Positions 24,672-36,893 of a stretch of 64,000 nt of DNA are shown one piece after another. The stretch spans positions 6,572,001 through 6,636,000 of the forward strand of contig CP158636.1 of NCBI GenBank assembly GCA_050273025.1, in the 5' to 3' direction. The first letter of the stretch is position 1. Each line of letters opens with the position of its first letter. Origin of the DNA: Cenococcum geophilum (taxonomy: Eukaryota). Position numbers and translations under genes: made by a program. The notes beneath the pieces are model-generated. The model was not told the DNA's origin. It did not search any database and worked only from the letters and a program-made list of their open reading frames with translations.

Positions 24672-27600
24672 TATTACGGACGCTTTAAGTACAATGTTAC
24701 AACTACTTGGAGAAGAGTCGGAAGAAGCTAGTTGGTTAATACAGGCACGGACTAGGATGGAACCCGTAGAACCATATAACAAAGAATGATAAGCGAGTTA
24801 CATAACGATTAAACGTATTAACTGCGTTAAATATAAGGAACGTCATATTTAATATAGATAAGACGTACATTACGTATAAGAAGGATTTCATAGGAGTACA
24901 GTTATGTATTTAAGGACCCTTAGTCCCTACCTAGATAGTTCCTTCCTTATAGTAATTCTTAGAATATAATTAGAGTTAATCTATTAGGCAACTACTCCAC
25001 CAGTTATTATTACGTTGTTGACTTTTATACTTATATTTCCTACACACCTAGCCTATTAACAAGCCTATTATAGTTCTTACTACAAGGTTCTGTTACACAA
25101 TTACTACCCAGTTACGGTATTAATATAAGAAGTCGAATAATATGCCACCAAAAGCAGCCACCACAACGCCATTGATGGAAGCAACTACTTTAAGGACAGG
25201 AGGTAATACTAGTATGGCGGATACTAACTTATAGCAACCTATGACGGTTGGATAACTATAGAAAATAGTTAACTAGCTAATAGCTAATAATATAGTATTA
25301 AAAGAAAGACTTAACGGAATAGAAGCAGCAAAGATTAAGCTACTATTAATTAAGAGATTTATAGGAGAGAGGTTAAAGCTTAAAGGATTCCTTACGCAGA
25401 TATACTTTAAGGTCTTATAGGAAGGAGTAAAGTTACCTATGCCTATAGATCGGATAGCCTACGTAGGACTATTCTTATTAGGAAAAGTACTTAAGTAGTT
25501 TAAACTTTACCTTATAGAAATATAGGTAAACGGAATAATAACCACTAACTAAGACGTGCAATTTATGTTCTTAAGTTGGGAAGAATTTATAGAACAACTT
25601 ACATAGATATTTGGAGACCTAGAAGAAAAAACTATAGCGGAAAAAAAACTCCAGAACCTTATGTAATAAACTTTAGTAATTAAGTATATAACATAGTTCT
25701 AGACACTAATAACATAAATAAAGTGGAATAATAGGGCGCTTATAGCATAGTATAAATAGGGACTTAAGGCTAAAGTCTAGGATATAATTATCCTAATAAA
25801 AGATGCGGATACCCTAAGGGAACTAATAGATTAGGTAATTAAGATTAATAATTAGATCTACTAAAGGGAATAGGCTAAGAAGGGCTAGGATAGAGTTTTA
25901 TAGTTATATAAGGCATAGAGTACGCAACAATAAAAGCTAAGTTAGAAACCGTAGTATGGCGCAGAGCTAATAGACCTAAGTAGTACTAAAGAAGCCTATA
26001 AGAGATAGAGCAAACTATAAAAACTTAGAGGATAAGGATTAAGTAATTAAAGGTCTAAGGAGTAGAGGCTAAATCAGGGATCTTAATAGCAGAAGATATT
26101 TAGGCGGACTCTATAATAAGAGAAATAGTTTAAAGAAGGAGCTTATATAAATTACGGAAAACAGGGTTATTACGTTAAAGACTGTAAAAGTGGGCAGAGT
26201 TACTATATAGTAAAAGGTATAAAGCCAGCAGACAATATATATATATAAAGGGACAATAATATACTGCGAGGAATAAAAGAATATTTAATTAGAAGTTTTG
26301 CGTTTTATTATAATAACGCATACCAAATTTATAAGGACACTAAGTACGGCATAAGCTATTAGCTATAAGAGCTAGCACCTATAGGATATAGAGGAACTAA
26401 CGAACCAGTTCATAGATTAGACATTAAGGATAATAAATTTAACCTAGGCGAAATATTCCGTGATGATAAGGTAATAAGGGCCGCTTACTAGGAGCGAGTA
26501 GACCTTAGAGATATTATACTAAAAGTAGAGAATAATTCTATTATAGTATAAGGAACATTAGTAGGGATTAAAACCCCACTAGATATAATATCTATCGCTT
26601 TATAAGATATAAGAAAAGTAGGATAGTAAACCACTTCAGTATTTAATAAAGGCAAAAGGCCAAAGGCTTAAGATTCTTATAGCGAGATAAGAGACAACTA
26701 AGATTCTTAAGACAAGATAAGGTAAGCTTAAGGACCTATAACGGACAATAACTAATAGAGCAGAGTAGTGGCTTAGTTTAAAGATATACAAATAAGCTTA
26801 GGACGGAAGTTCCTATAGGCATAAAATTCTTAAGACAAGATAAGTGAGATTTAAGACTCTTAAGACAAGATAAGAACACCAAGTAAGCCTAGTTAAACTA
26901 AGGCAGGAGCTAAGCTTAAGTTAGAAGTAAGCTTAGAATTAAATAATCTAAGAAATTAAGAATTCGGAGTATAAATCAGAATATTTATAGATAAGAGGCA
27001 AGGAGCTTCTTTATAGATTAGAGAATCTGCGGTATAAACAGCAATTAGACTAGGAGATAGATATATAAACCCAAAAGACTTACTAGGGGAGCATAGTATT
27101 TAGCCTAAAGATTAAAAAGTTAATACCAAGATTAAGAAGTAAGATAACTTTAAGGATTAGAGCGTAAGGCGCAAACTAAAAGAAACTATAGAAGAGTTTA
27201 GGCAAAGAATTATCATATAGTAAGAATAGAAACTAGATAAGAGATCTAGTACATTAGGACGTATAAAAGACAGAGCACTAGTACAAAGAATTACTAATAG
27301 GCCGAGAGCAGGCATACTAAGAGCTAAGTGGCTTACTAAACTAGAATAAGAAGAGGATCTAGGGATTTCTACTAGGTTTAAGGAATAATATACTAAAGGC
27401 TATCACAACACAGTAATAAAGAGATATTTCCTTATAGATAAGCCGTATATACTTAGGCAGTTATACTAAAAGTGGTATAAGCAGAGATATAATAATAAGT
27501 GAGAAGATTTCTATATATAGTTGGATAAAAAGGTTATCTAAAACTACCTAATTATAGAGAAGGCTATAACGTATATTAAAGGAGCCTTAATTATAATATT

Positions 27601-30600
27601 AAAGGATCTAGAGAAATGTTTAGAGGACTAGAGAAGTAAGAGACGTATCTTAGTACCTATGAATAAAGTTATAACGTTTAGATTAGCATAATAAAGGTTT
27701 AAACTTAGGAATAAAGACAAGCTAAGAGTTAACCTAAAGCACCTAGTACACTATATGATATCATGGATTGCGTGCGTGGACGATATATGCGAAATACATA
27801 AGAATCTAAAGGAAAAGAATTGGAAATACCCTATAAGGATATACTAAATAATAGATAAGTAATAGTATAGGAATACTAAATATATATATAGATGGCATCC
27901 AGCAAAGGTCCAAAAGGAAAGAAGTTTAGTACTTTAACTAGGAAGATTCCTTACGGAAGAATACTTAGACGGATAATAGTGGTAGAAATACCCAGAAAAC
28001 ACGTATCTATAGCATATTAAAGATAAAAAGCAAACTAGGTATTAGCTAAAAAGTAAGCCAAGTGTACTAGGATTAAGCAGCTAATAGTTAGGAAAAGTAG
28101 AGGCCTATAGGACTAAAGGGAGCTAGTAGTAAAGCCTTAGACCCTTAAAGGAATTTAAGAATAATACCTAAATTTACGAATTAATTAGTAAGATTAGTAG
28201 TTTAAAGCGCTAATAGATAGTAAAGCAACGCGAAACTACATCTCACTAGTAGTAGTTAAGAAAATGGGACTACCTCACAGATAAAAGGAGCAACCTTACC
28301 TATTAGTTATAATTTTAGGAGATCCAATAACTTATAGAGGAGGGATTATTAATCTTAAAATAGGACCTATTTAGATAACTATTAAAGGAAGATAAATTAA
28401 GATATTTTTTAATATCCTACTATTAGGACGGGACGAGGCAGTATTAGGTATACCTTAGTTATAGAAATATAATCTAAGAATTAATTGGATTACAGGTTAG
28501 GTTAATATTAGAGATACTTAACGCCGTAAGATGCAATAATAAGCTAAGCTGGTATAGTACTAAGTAGGAGCAACCTATAAAGAAATAAAAAAAGGACTAA
28601 GCTATATACTAAAGAAATACCATAAATACGGTAAGAAACTATAGTCACTAAAAAGTAAGAAGCTATTAGAATATATAGTATAGGATTATAAGATAGAGTT
28701 AGAACTAGGAATAAGTCTAAGGTTCTTTCTAATCTATAAGCTTACTAAAGAAGAAGGTAAAGCGTTAAAAGAGTTTATCTAGAAAAATCTATAAAAGGGA
28801 TACATTAGACCATCACAGTTATTAGCGGGTTATCTAGTACTATTTGTACTAAAGAAGAATAACAAATTAAGGCTATATATTAACTATAGATAGTTAAACA
28901 GCATTACTAGGAAGGATAGGTATCCTTTACCCTTAATTAGCGAAATCTAAGATAGGATAGGTAATGCGCAAATCTTTACGAAGATAGATCTAAGATAGGC
29001 GTACTATTAGATTAGGATTAAGGAAGGCGACGAATAAAAGGCAGCCTTTAGGTTAAAGGAAGGACTATATAAACCATTAGTTATATAATTTAGGCTTATA
29101 AACGCACTAGCAACGTTCCAGAAGCGTATTAATAATATATTAGGAGAATACTTAGATGAATTTGTTATAGTATATCTTGATAATATTATTATCTACTTAA
29201 TAACTAAGGAAGAATATGGGGAATACGTTAAATAGGTCTTAAAGAGACTATAAGAAGAATAGATGCTAGTAGTAATTAAAAAATGCGAGTTCTTTACCAG
29301 GAAAACCGATTTTATTAAATTTATCATTAAACTAGGCCAACTTAGCATAGATCTAAAGAAGATTAAGGCTATAGTAAATTAGTAGGAACTAGAAAATATT
29401 ATATAGTTAAGATCGTTCTTAGGGTTTTACAATTACTATAAAAGGTTTATGGCGCAATAGTTAAAGGATATTAAGCCATTTACGCGGTTAATAAAGAAAG
29501 AAGAACTATAGGTATAGGGAGAGGAGTAAAGAGAACTCTTTAAGAAAGTCAAAGAGTTATTTACCTAGGAGCCAGTTCTTAAGATCTATTAACTAGGACT
29601 AGAAACGGTTATAGAAATAGATGTATTAGACTATATACTAGGGGCATACTTTATATAAAGGCATTAAGATAAATAGCACCCAGTGGCATATTATAGTTGG
29701 AAAATAACACTACCGGAGTTAAACTATAACATCTATAACAAGGAGTTATTAGGTATAGTTATAGCATTAAAGGAATAGAGAGCATTCTTACAAGGCACGG
29801 AGAAACTATTTATAGTTAAGATGGATTATAAAAACCTAATAGGATTCCTAATAATAAAGGAACTTAAGCAAAGATAGGTTAGATGGGCAGAGATGCTTAC
29901 GGAATACCATTTTAAGATTTAGCATACTAAAGGTATAGATAACACGCGGGCAGATACTCTAAGCCGTAAAGCTAAACTACAAAATAAGGAAAAGCTATTA
30001 GGGGCTTTATTACGGAAAGATACAGACGGATTAATTAGGTATAATTATCCGAAAATTGCAGCAACTTAAGAAGATAATAAACTAGAGAAAGTCTACGAGA
30101 CACTAGAAAGCTTTTGGGTATAAAGAATTCTAAAAGTATAGCTAGAAGATCCACAGATAGATATATACGAAAATTAAAAAGTAAAGTACATCCTAAAAAG
30201 CATAGTAGAGTAGTTTATAAAAGACTTCTATAAGGGACTAACCCAAGGACATAATGGAGCTACGGGCTTAGTATTAAGACTTTAGAAAGAGTACATTATT
30301 AATAGAATCTAGAGGATAGCCAAAAAGGTTATAAAGGAATGTTTAGATTACTAAAGGAATAAACTAATAAGATATAAGCCATATGGAGGGCTACAACCTA
30401 TTAAAATACCAGAGAGACTATAGGAGGTTATATTATGGGACTTTATTATTAAGTTACCAAAATTAAAAGATCCTATTACCGGACAAGATTATAACCGGAT
30501 CTTAGTAATAATAGATAAGCTTACGAAGTGGGGATACTTTATAGCATACATAGAAGAAATCTTAGCAGAAGATATTGCTAGAATCTATATTAAAGAAGTA

Positions 30601-32627
30601 TTTATAAGACATAGAGCACTAAGTAAGATTATATCGGATAGAGATCTAAGATTTGTAGTAATATTCTAGGAAGTGTTCTTAGCGGAGTAAGGAGTTTAAG
30701 TAGTAACTTCCACTATATATCATCCGCAGACAGATAGTTAAACAGAAAGATTAAATTAGACGCTAGAGCAGTACCTAAGGCATTATATTAATTATGCATA
30801 GAATAATTAGGTATCGCTATTACCAGTTATATAGTTTATATACAATGCAACACCTTAAGAGGGAATAGGCACATCACTATTTAAGGCAAATTATGGATAT
30901 AAGCTAAGAATATTGTTATTACCATAGTAAGTGAAGAAAACAAGTAGTACAGCTAAAGAGAGAATAAAGATATTAATAAATCTTTATATAGACCTTATAG
31001 AATTAGTAAAGAAAGTATAAAAGAGAATAAAAAGGTACTATAATACTAAGAGATCTAAGGGACCAGATCTTAAGGAGGGAGATAAAGTATGGCTACTATA
31101 CAAAAATTTTAAAAGTCAACGACTAAGTAAGAAATTGGACCACGTCAGACTAAGACCTTTTGAAATTATATAGAGGATTTCACCGGTTACGTTTAAGTTA
31201 AACCTACTAGCCAAAATGAAGATCTACCCTATATAGCATATCGCAATGCTAGAACCAGCATATAGGAATACTAAGCCACTAATCTATAAAGCAGACACGT
31301 ATAGAGGATAAGAAGAAGACAAATAATAAGTTTCGAAAATCGTTAATTATAAGGACATTAACGACAAAATATAGTACAAGGTTAAGTAGATAGGCTATAT
31401 TAAGACTACCTAGGAGCCACTAGAGAATTTAAAGAACGCTATAGGAAAGGTATAAGAGTATCGGAAGAGATTAGGTTAGGCAGCATTGATAAAAAAGGAT
31501 CGCTAAAGAATAAGTCACCTAAGGGGGACCTAAGAAGAGTAGCTACCGAACTACTTAAATCTGTTTCCTTCTCTATTAGAGGAGAATTCGTTCTTTTATT
31601 ACCTAGCTCCTATAGACCTTATTAAATAAGCTTCTACTCCTTTAAATAAACTTTCTTATAAATACGTTCTAAACGCTAAAGATAGGCATAAGCTAAACGC
31701 TAAGCTTTAAGGACACGTGTGGACTCTTCTAAGGCATACTAAACCTTAAGCAGTACAGAGGCCAGCTCACTATTAAGTTTTATAGTAGCAGATTAAACAC
31801 AAGACCCTATAATAAGTTAATTAGGGAACTAGGCGACTACTAAGAGTAATAGGATATATATACTTAACATTAAACGCAGAACGAACGTCATACGATAAAT
31901 ACATATTGGCGCGAGTGTATTTAGAATAAAAGGAGGGTTAGCAACCAGAGGGACTCGCGATTGCAACGTAACTTAACCCCTCTTTCGCACAATAAGAGCA
32001 AGGGATCGCTATTATTTCACCTAGTAATAGTATTAAGGAGACGGTATAAAGGCAACGCTCAACCCAAGAAAGAGAAGAAATTGCTTTAGGTATAATAAGC
32101 AATAATATTAACCAAATTAATTAGACGGATATTACACCTCTAGTAAACGACCTAGAGATGCTAGGTATCTTTAAGGACGAAGATAAAGAGGAGGGAGATG
32201 GTATTACGGACGCTTTAAGTACGATATTATAACTACTTAGAGAAGAGTCGGAAGAAGCTAGTTAGTTAATACAGGCACAAACCAGGATGGAACCCATAGA
32301 ACTATATGATAAAGAATAGTAAGCAAGTTATATAACGATTGAACGTATTAACTGCGTTAAACGTAAGGAACGTCACGTTTAATACAGATAAGACGTATAT
32401 TACGTACAAGAAGGATTTTATAGAAGTACGGTTATATATTTAAGGACCCTTAGTCCCTACCTAGATAGTTCCTTCCTTATAGTAATTCTTAAAATACAAT
32501 TGGAGTTAATCTATTGGGCAACCACTCCACCAGTTATTATTACGTTGTTGACTTTTATACTTATATTTCCTACACACCTAGCCTATTAACGAGCCCATCG
32601 TAGTTCTTGCTACAAGGTTCCGTTATA
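24672..32627 (+). mobile_element. Gypsy 1: full-length Ty3/Gypsy chromovirus (RIPped); LTRs 24672-25097 and 32202-32627
   Basis: 426-bp LTR pair with TSD AGAGC (24667-71 and 32628-32). Gag starts at ATG 25142; PR LIDS.AT (~28210); RT YLD(D) (~29175); IN HPQTD.QTER (30721); chromodomain YKVKW.GY..TTWEP.ENL (~31375-31430); PPT before 32202. Confidence 0.96.
31500..32093 (-). pseudogene. Antisense extra ORF of Gypsy 1 (Cys6 cluster + coiled coil, one intron); homologue at ~56460-57052 in Gypsy 2
   Basis: De-RIP MPKAISSLS...PCSYCAKEGL.(C)VAIASPS..QPSF(C)S.(C)TRAN..S(C)DVRS, a likely intron at ~31808-31862, then an (R)LQRLERI.KKV..KEQKLI(QQ)GL(Q)EL helix. Confidence 0.65.
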
Positions 32628-33164
32628 AGAGCCGTAAGTATACAATATTTTCTAAATAAGAAGATATCTAACTGTTAATAGATTCCTGTTATTAGAACAC
32701 TTTGTTTAAGTTTAATAGAATATTAAAGCACCATAATATGTTATAAATAAACCTTATATAGATCTTAGCTCAATTATAGCTATTAAGGATACTTCCTTAT
32801 TTAAGAATATTTACATTCTTAAAGACTGGCCAGATATAACTACTATAGGGCTTAAAGCTACTGCGCTAAAACGAGTTCTTATAAAGCGTCTTGTAATAAT
32901 CCAAGGACCTTTAGGCATTAGAAAAACGTGGCTTTAAAGGCGTTGCTTAACAATATAACAATAGAAGATCCCCCTATTATTATCACATATTATATAAACC
33001 ATGCGCTAGACCAGTTATCTAGGCATATTACTTAAAGTAACCGTCTTAATACTATCGCTTATACGGATAGACGATATTACACTATATTAGGCGCTAGGGC
33101 CGTAGGGGTAAAAAGAAGAGGAAGCGTTAGGGCTCCCTCTTTTTATATCTTATATTTTATGTTT

Positions 33165-33700
33165 TTATATTATCTTATATTATCCTACCATTGTCCTACC
33201 ATTGTATTATATTATCCCATATTGTCCTACCATTATCCCGCCATTATATTATATTGTCCTATTATTGTCCTACTATTATATTATATTGTCCTATTATTGT
33301 CCTACCATTATATTATATTGTCCTATTATTATCCTGCTATTGTGGTGGGGTAAAATGGGCCACTGCTTAGTGCCTTAGCATTTTCCTGTATATATAGAGC
33401 CTTCGGCTTTCCTCCTTCTTGGACATCACGACCGACCGGAATACATTCTTTCCTTTCTTCTTACTGACTGCTTTCCTACTGATTGATTACGACTGACGAC
33501 CGACCGACCGACCGACCGACCGACCGACAGACAGACAGACGGCACTGTGACTTTCCTATCTAAGAGTGGTCGTACCCTCCCACACTATTATATTATATTA
33601 TCTTACCATTGTCCTACTATTATACCATATTATCCTATCATTGTCCTGCCATTATATTATATTATCCTATTATTGTCTTATATTATCCTACTATTATCTT
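33165..33700. repeat. Low-complexity tandem array (ATTGTCCTACC / ATTATATTAT units) interrupted by a solo LTR
   Basis: Directly visible degenerate short repeats on both sides of 33341-33584. Confidence 0.85.
33341..33584. mobile_element. 244-bp solo LTR-like insertion
   Basis: TGTGG...CCACA ends with an imperfect 12-bp inverted repeat; CTAT duplicated at 33337-40 and 33585-88; internal TATATATA and a (GACC)n(GACA)n microsatellite. Confidence 0.8.
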
Positions 33701-33799
33701 AGTACTGCTATATACTTTTACCATTTACTAAGATTATAGTTATAGGTATTTATCGGCCAAGATCTGGGCAGTAACTCTTAGCAGTAATTTTACTACCCA

Positions 33800-36000
33800 A
33801 ATCTCTTGCTAAGTTTCATTCTACTAATATAAAATCAGTAGCTTAGAGCTTGTTTTTAGTGTTATAGATCTAGATTTTAGAGCTATAGATTAATCGATTG
33901 GCGTAGAGCCGTTATATTATAGTAAAGCTATATCTAAGCAATCTATATCGTAATCCTTAGCATAGTGCTATATATAGAAATATTTAATTATAATATTTAG
34001 GAAGGTGTTTATATTTTAATTAAATTTATAAGACTATAACTAAGGGCCTTTATAGGCAGTGATATGGTAAGTTCCACAATTACTTTAATTTAGGATTATT
34101 CGGTCACTACAGGAAAGTCATAATACTTAGCGTGGTGTTAAACTTAAGGTGCCTCTACCACTATAGTAGTAAAGACACCCCAAATTTCTAATAACTAAGA
34201 TTTTGGACTACAGCAGATCAACTACTTACTAAAATATAAAATCTGAAATTGAGTTGATCCTTCTATAAGGCTCTAGATAAGCTTTAAGCTCCTAATTTAA
34301 ACTAACACTAAGACCTTAGTTTAGATTTTATATATAGTATAGCTTGCTAATCTAGAGGAGCTTTTAGATTAGAAAGTCGCTAAATTGACCAAACAATTAC
34401 ATTAAAATTAGATTTAAGCTTTAGATCGGATATATTCTAGGGCCTTTAGATTTAATCTAAAGTCGCCACTAAACGTTCTCTAAGATTTAATATAGGGATC
34501 TCTCCCTAAGGATCTAGTTTGATTGTAAGGTTTAAAAAGGGGTTATAATTTAGTTAAATTTATAAGATTATATTCCAAAGTCCTTATAGCGTAGTGGTAT
34601 AGTACATTCTACCTCTTGCTTTAATTTGGAGCTAGCCTAACGTGATTAAAAATTGGCGTAAAAGAGCCGATATGCTTAATATATAGTGCTGAGATTTTGT
34701 TAAATATATGACTTTGGGCGTTATAAGACACGTACAAAAATACAAGCTTAATTTAGAGCCTTACTAACGCCTAATTTAATAGGAAATGACCTTCTTTTTT
34801 AATATTTTTAATGCGCGATAAGTGGGAATCGAAGCCGCTACGCCTAGGAGTTGAATTCGCAACATCTAATTGCCCAATCTAGCTAGGAGGCTCGGCGGCG
34901 ATATAATAGGGCTTAATGACGTAATAAGGCTCAACGGCAATGCAATGAGACTTAGCAACGTAATAAGACTTAGTAACATAATAAGGCTTAACGGCGATGT
35001 AATAAGACTTAGCAGCGTAATAAAACTCAATAATGTAATAAGGCTCGGCAAAATAATAAGGCTTAACGGCGATGCAATAAGACTCGGTAACGTAATAAGA
35101 CTTAATAATATAATAAGGCTCGGCAACGTAATAAGGCTTAGCGGTAATGCAATAATGCTCGGCAATATAATGAAACTTAATAATATAAGAGTCTTAGTGA
35201 CGTAATAAGGCTTAGGGTTGGGTAACGAGGGGAAGACTTAAGGTTGCTTAGTTACTCTAATACCTAACAGCAAAATCTAACGGTATAGTACTGCTATTAA
35301 GGTATTCTAATGTGGGTAGGCTATATAAAGGTTTTGTCTATAATATATCTAATATATCCTAAAAGTCTGCCTTTCGCTTATCTAAGGCTAAGTTTCTGGC
35401 CTATAATAAATTAATTGTTATAGTTAGTAAGAGCACGACAAATAACAGTATGTTTTGCCCTATTATTCTTAGAACCGTTAAACATAAAGTAGTAGGTAGC
35501 CCATTAACCTATATCTATTAGTGCCGGCTAATAAAGTGCGTTTAAAACGTACCAATATTAATAATAGCCCTTTTGTTTTGCAGTATAATAGGCTTAATAG
35601 TAATAGGGTTTCGGTTCTTATTATTAAGTACATTTGTCTAACAGAGCTAGGTTTGCTAATTATTCCAGTCAGCATTATATTATAGGTTAATTTAATATCT
35701 TATACCTATGGAAAAAGATAGGAGGCAGATTAAATAGAATAATTAGGGTACGCTTTTCTTTGCCGTTAGGGATTTTATATAGACATCGCATAGCATACGG
35801 GTGGGAGCTAGTAGTTATTAGTAGTGAAAAGTTTTTATACGGAATAGTGAGATTTTAAAAACCACCACTAACGGAAGGATCCTCTTACGTATTAATTAGG
35901 CTTTTGGAATAACAAAGATAGCAAATATACATAATCTGTTAGTAGAGAGGATATACCTTAATAGGAACTGTTTATATATATAGGAACGAGAGTTAATAGG
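33800..36000 (-). pseudogene. Cargo ORF 3, unknown protein with 18/21-bp repeat tract (34885-35210) encoding de-RIP (A/V)EPHH(I/V) units
   Basis: One minus frame reads AEPYYV/AKSYYI units (TAT/TAC from CAT/CAC) and continues for about 1 kb with stops explainable by C>T or G>A changes. The upstream limit is approximate. Confidence 0.5.
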
Positions 36001-36079
36001 CTAGATTACTTAATAGGTGCCAAAGTAGTTAGTAGCCAGAGTAATATTAATCTAGACTAAATTTAAACTTTTTAGAATA

Positions 36080-36893
36080 GGCTACCTTATACACGGTCCT
36101 ACCTTATATTACCCCACCAAAATACTTATACTTAAGAACTACTATAGTTATTTATATAAAAAATTTAATATAGCTTATTAAATAGTAATTTAGGCTTTTT
36201 ATAAAATAAAAATTCTTTATTTTAAAGTTATTTTATATATAGTTTTATTTTATATTTTATATTAAAATATAGTTTTAAAATACTTATAGTGTTACGGCGC
36301 TAGTGGAAACTAGTAAATATTGGTAAATTGTAGCGGATAATCACAGACAGTTTTATATAGTTTTAGATAGTTTTAGACATTTGCTGTTACGTAACTAGAG
36401 GATTATATATAACGTTAAGTAGCGCCACCCTCTCCTTTCCTTTCTCTAGCTTTAGATCCTTATTTATAAACTACCAATTATATAGGCTTACGCGTCCCTC
36501 TTTTTATACTTATGCCTTAATTAACTAAGTCGCTAACATATAGCTTAATAATTATAATAGCTATTTATATAAAAACCAATATAGCTTACTAATTAATAAG
36601 TTAAACTCTTTATAAAATATTTTATAGTATTTTATTTTAATTATATTAAAAGTTTAATATATTAATTAGTAAGCCATATTTAAAATTTTATATAAAGAGC
36701 TATTATAGTTATTAAGGTATAAGTATTTTAAAACTATATATAAAATAGCTTTAAAATTTTAAAATTTTATTTTATAAAAAGCTTAAATTACTATTTAATA
36801 AGCTATATTTAAAATTTTATATAAATAACTATAGTAGTTCTTAAGTTATAAGTATTTTAGTAGGGTAATATTGGTACTATACATAAAGTGGCC
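36080..36893. mobile_element. About 814-bp AT-rich fold-back/MITE with long inverted arms
   Basis: 36080-36215 is the reverse complement of ~36760-36893 (GGCTACCTTAT... / ...ATAAAGTGGCC), flanked by TA on both sides. A second internal inverted pair lies at ~36545-36600 and ~36660-36715. Confidence 0.8.

Larger units (their letters stand above)
23930..33035 (+). pseudogene. N-terminal fragment of Hrr1/ZNFX1-like SF1 (UPF1-type) RNA helicase, split by Gypsy 1 (coding parts ~23930-24671 and 32633-33035)
   Basis: De-RIP motifs EYLSS.YNLLR.D.I.PLRE, RVAFSL.RVGK.I.W.QSKRLVA.SLVALTP, A.RPL..LEQNP.EVDLFF, then ALKRVL.KRL.IIQGP.G..KT (~32900) and DPPIII.C.TNHALDQL. Two GTAAGT...AG introns (~24269-24315, ~32634-32681). 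Homology stops right after NHALDQL. Confidence 0.85.

Noticed and set aside
33159..33353. 64-aa Tyr/Ile-rich ORF
   Set aside because: Translation of the low-complexity array running into the solo LTR.
34866..35205. Track ORFs reading as LRR-like or membrane repeats (IRLNG / LSLIT)
   Set aside because: Likely artefacts of RIP on an 18/21-bp repeat; a different minus frame is the one continuous with flanking coding-like sequence.
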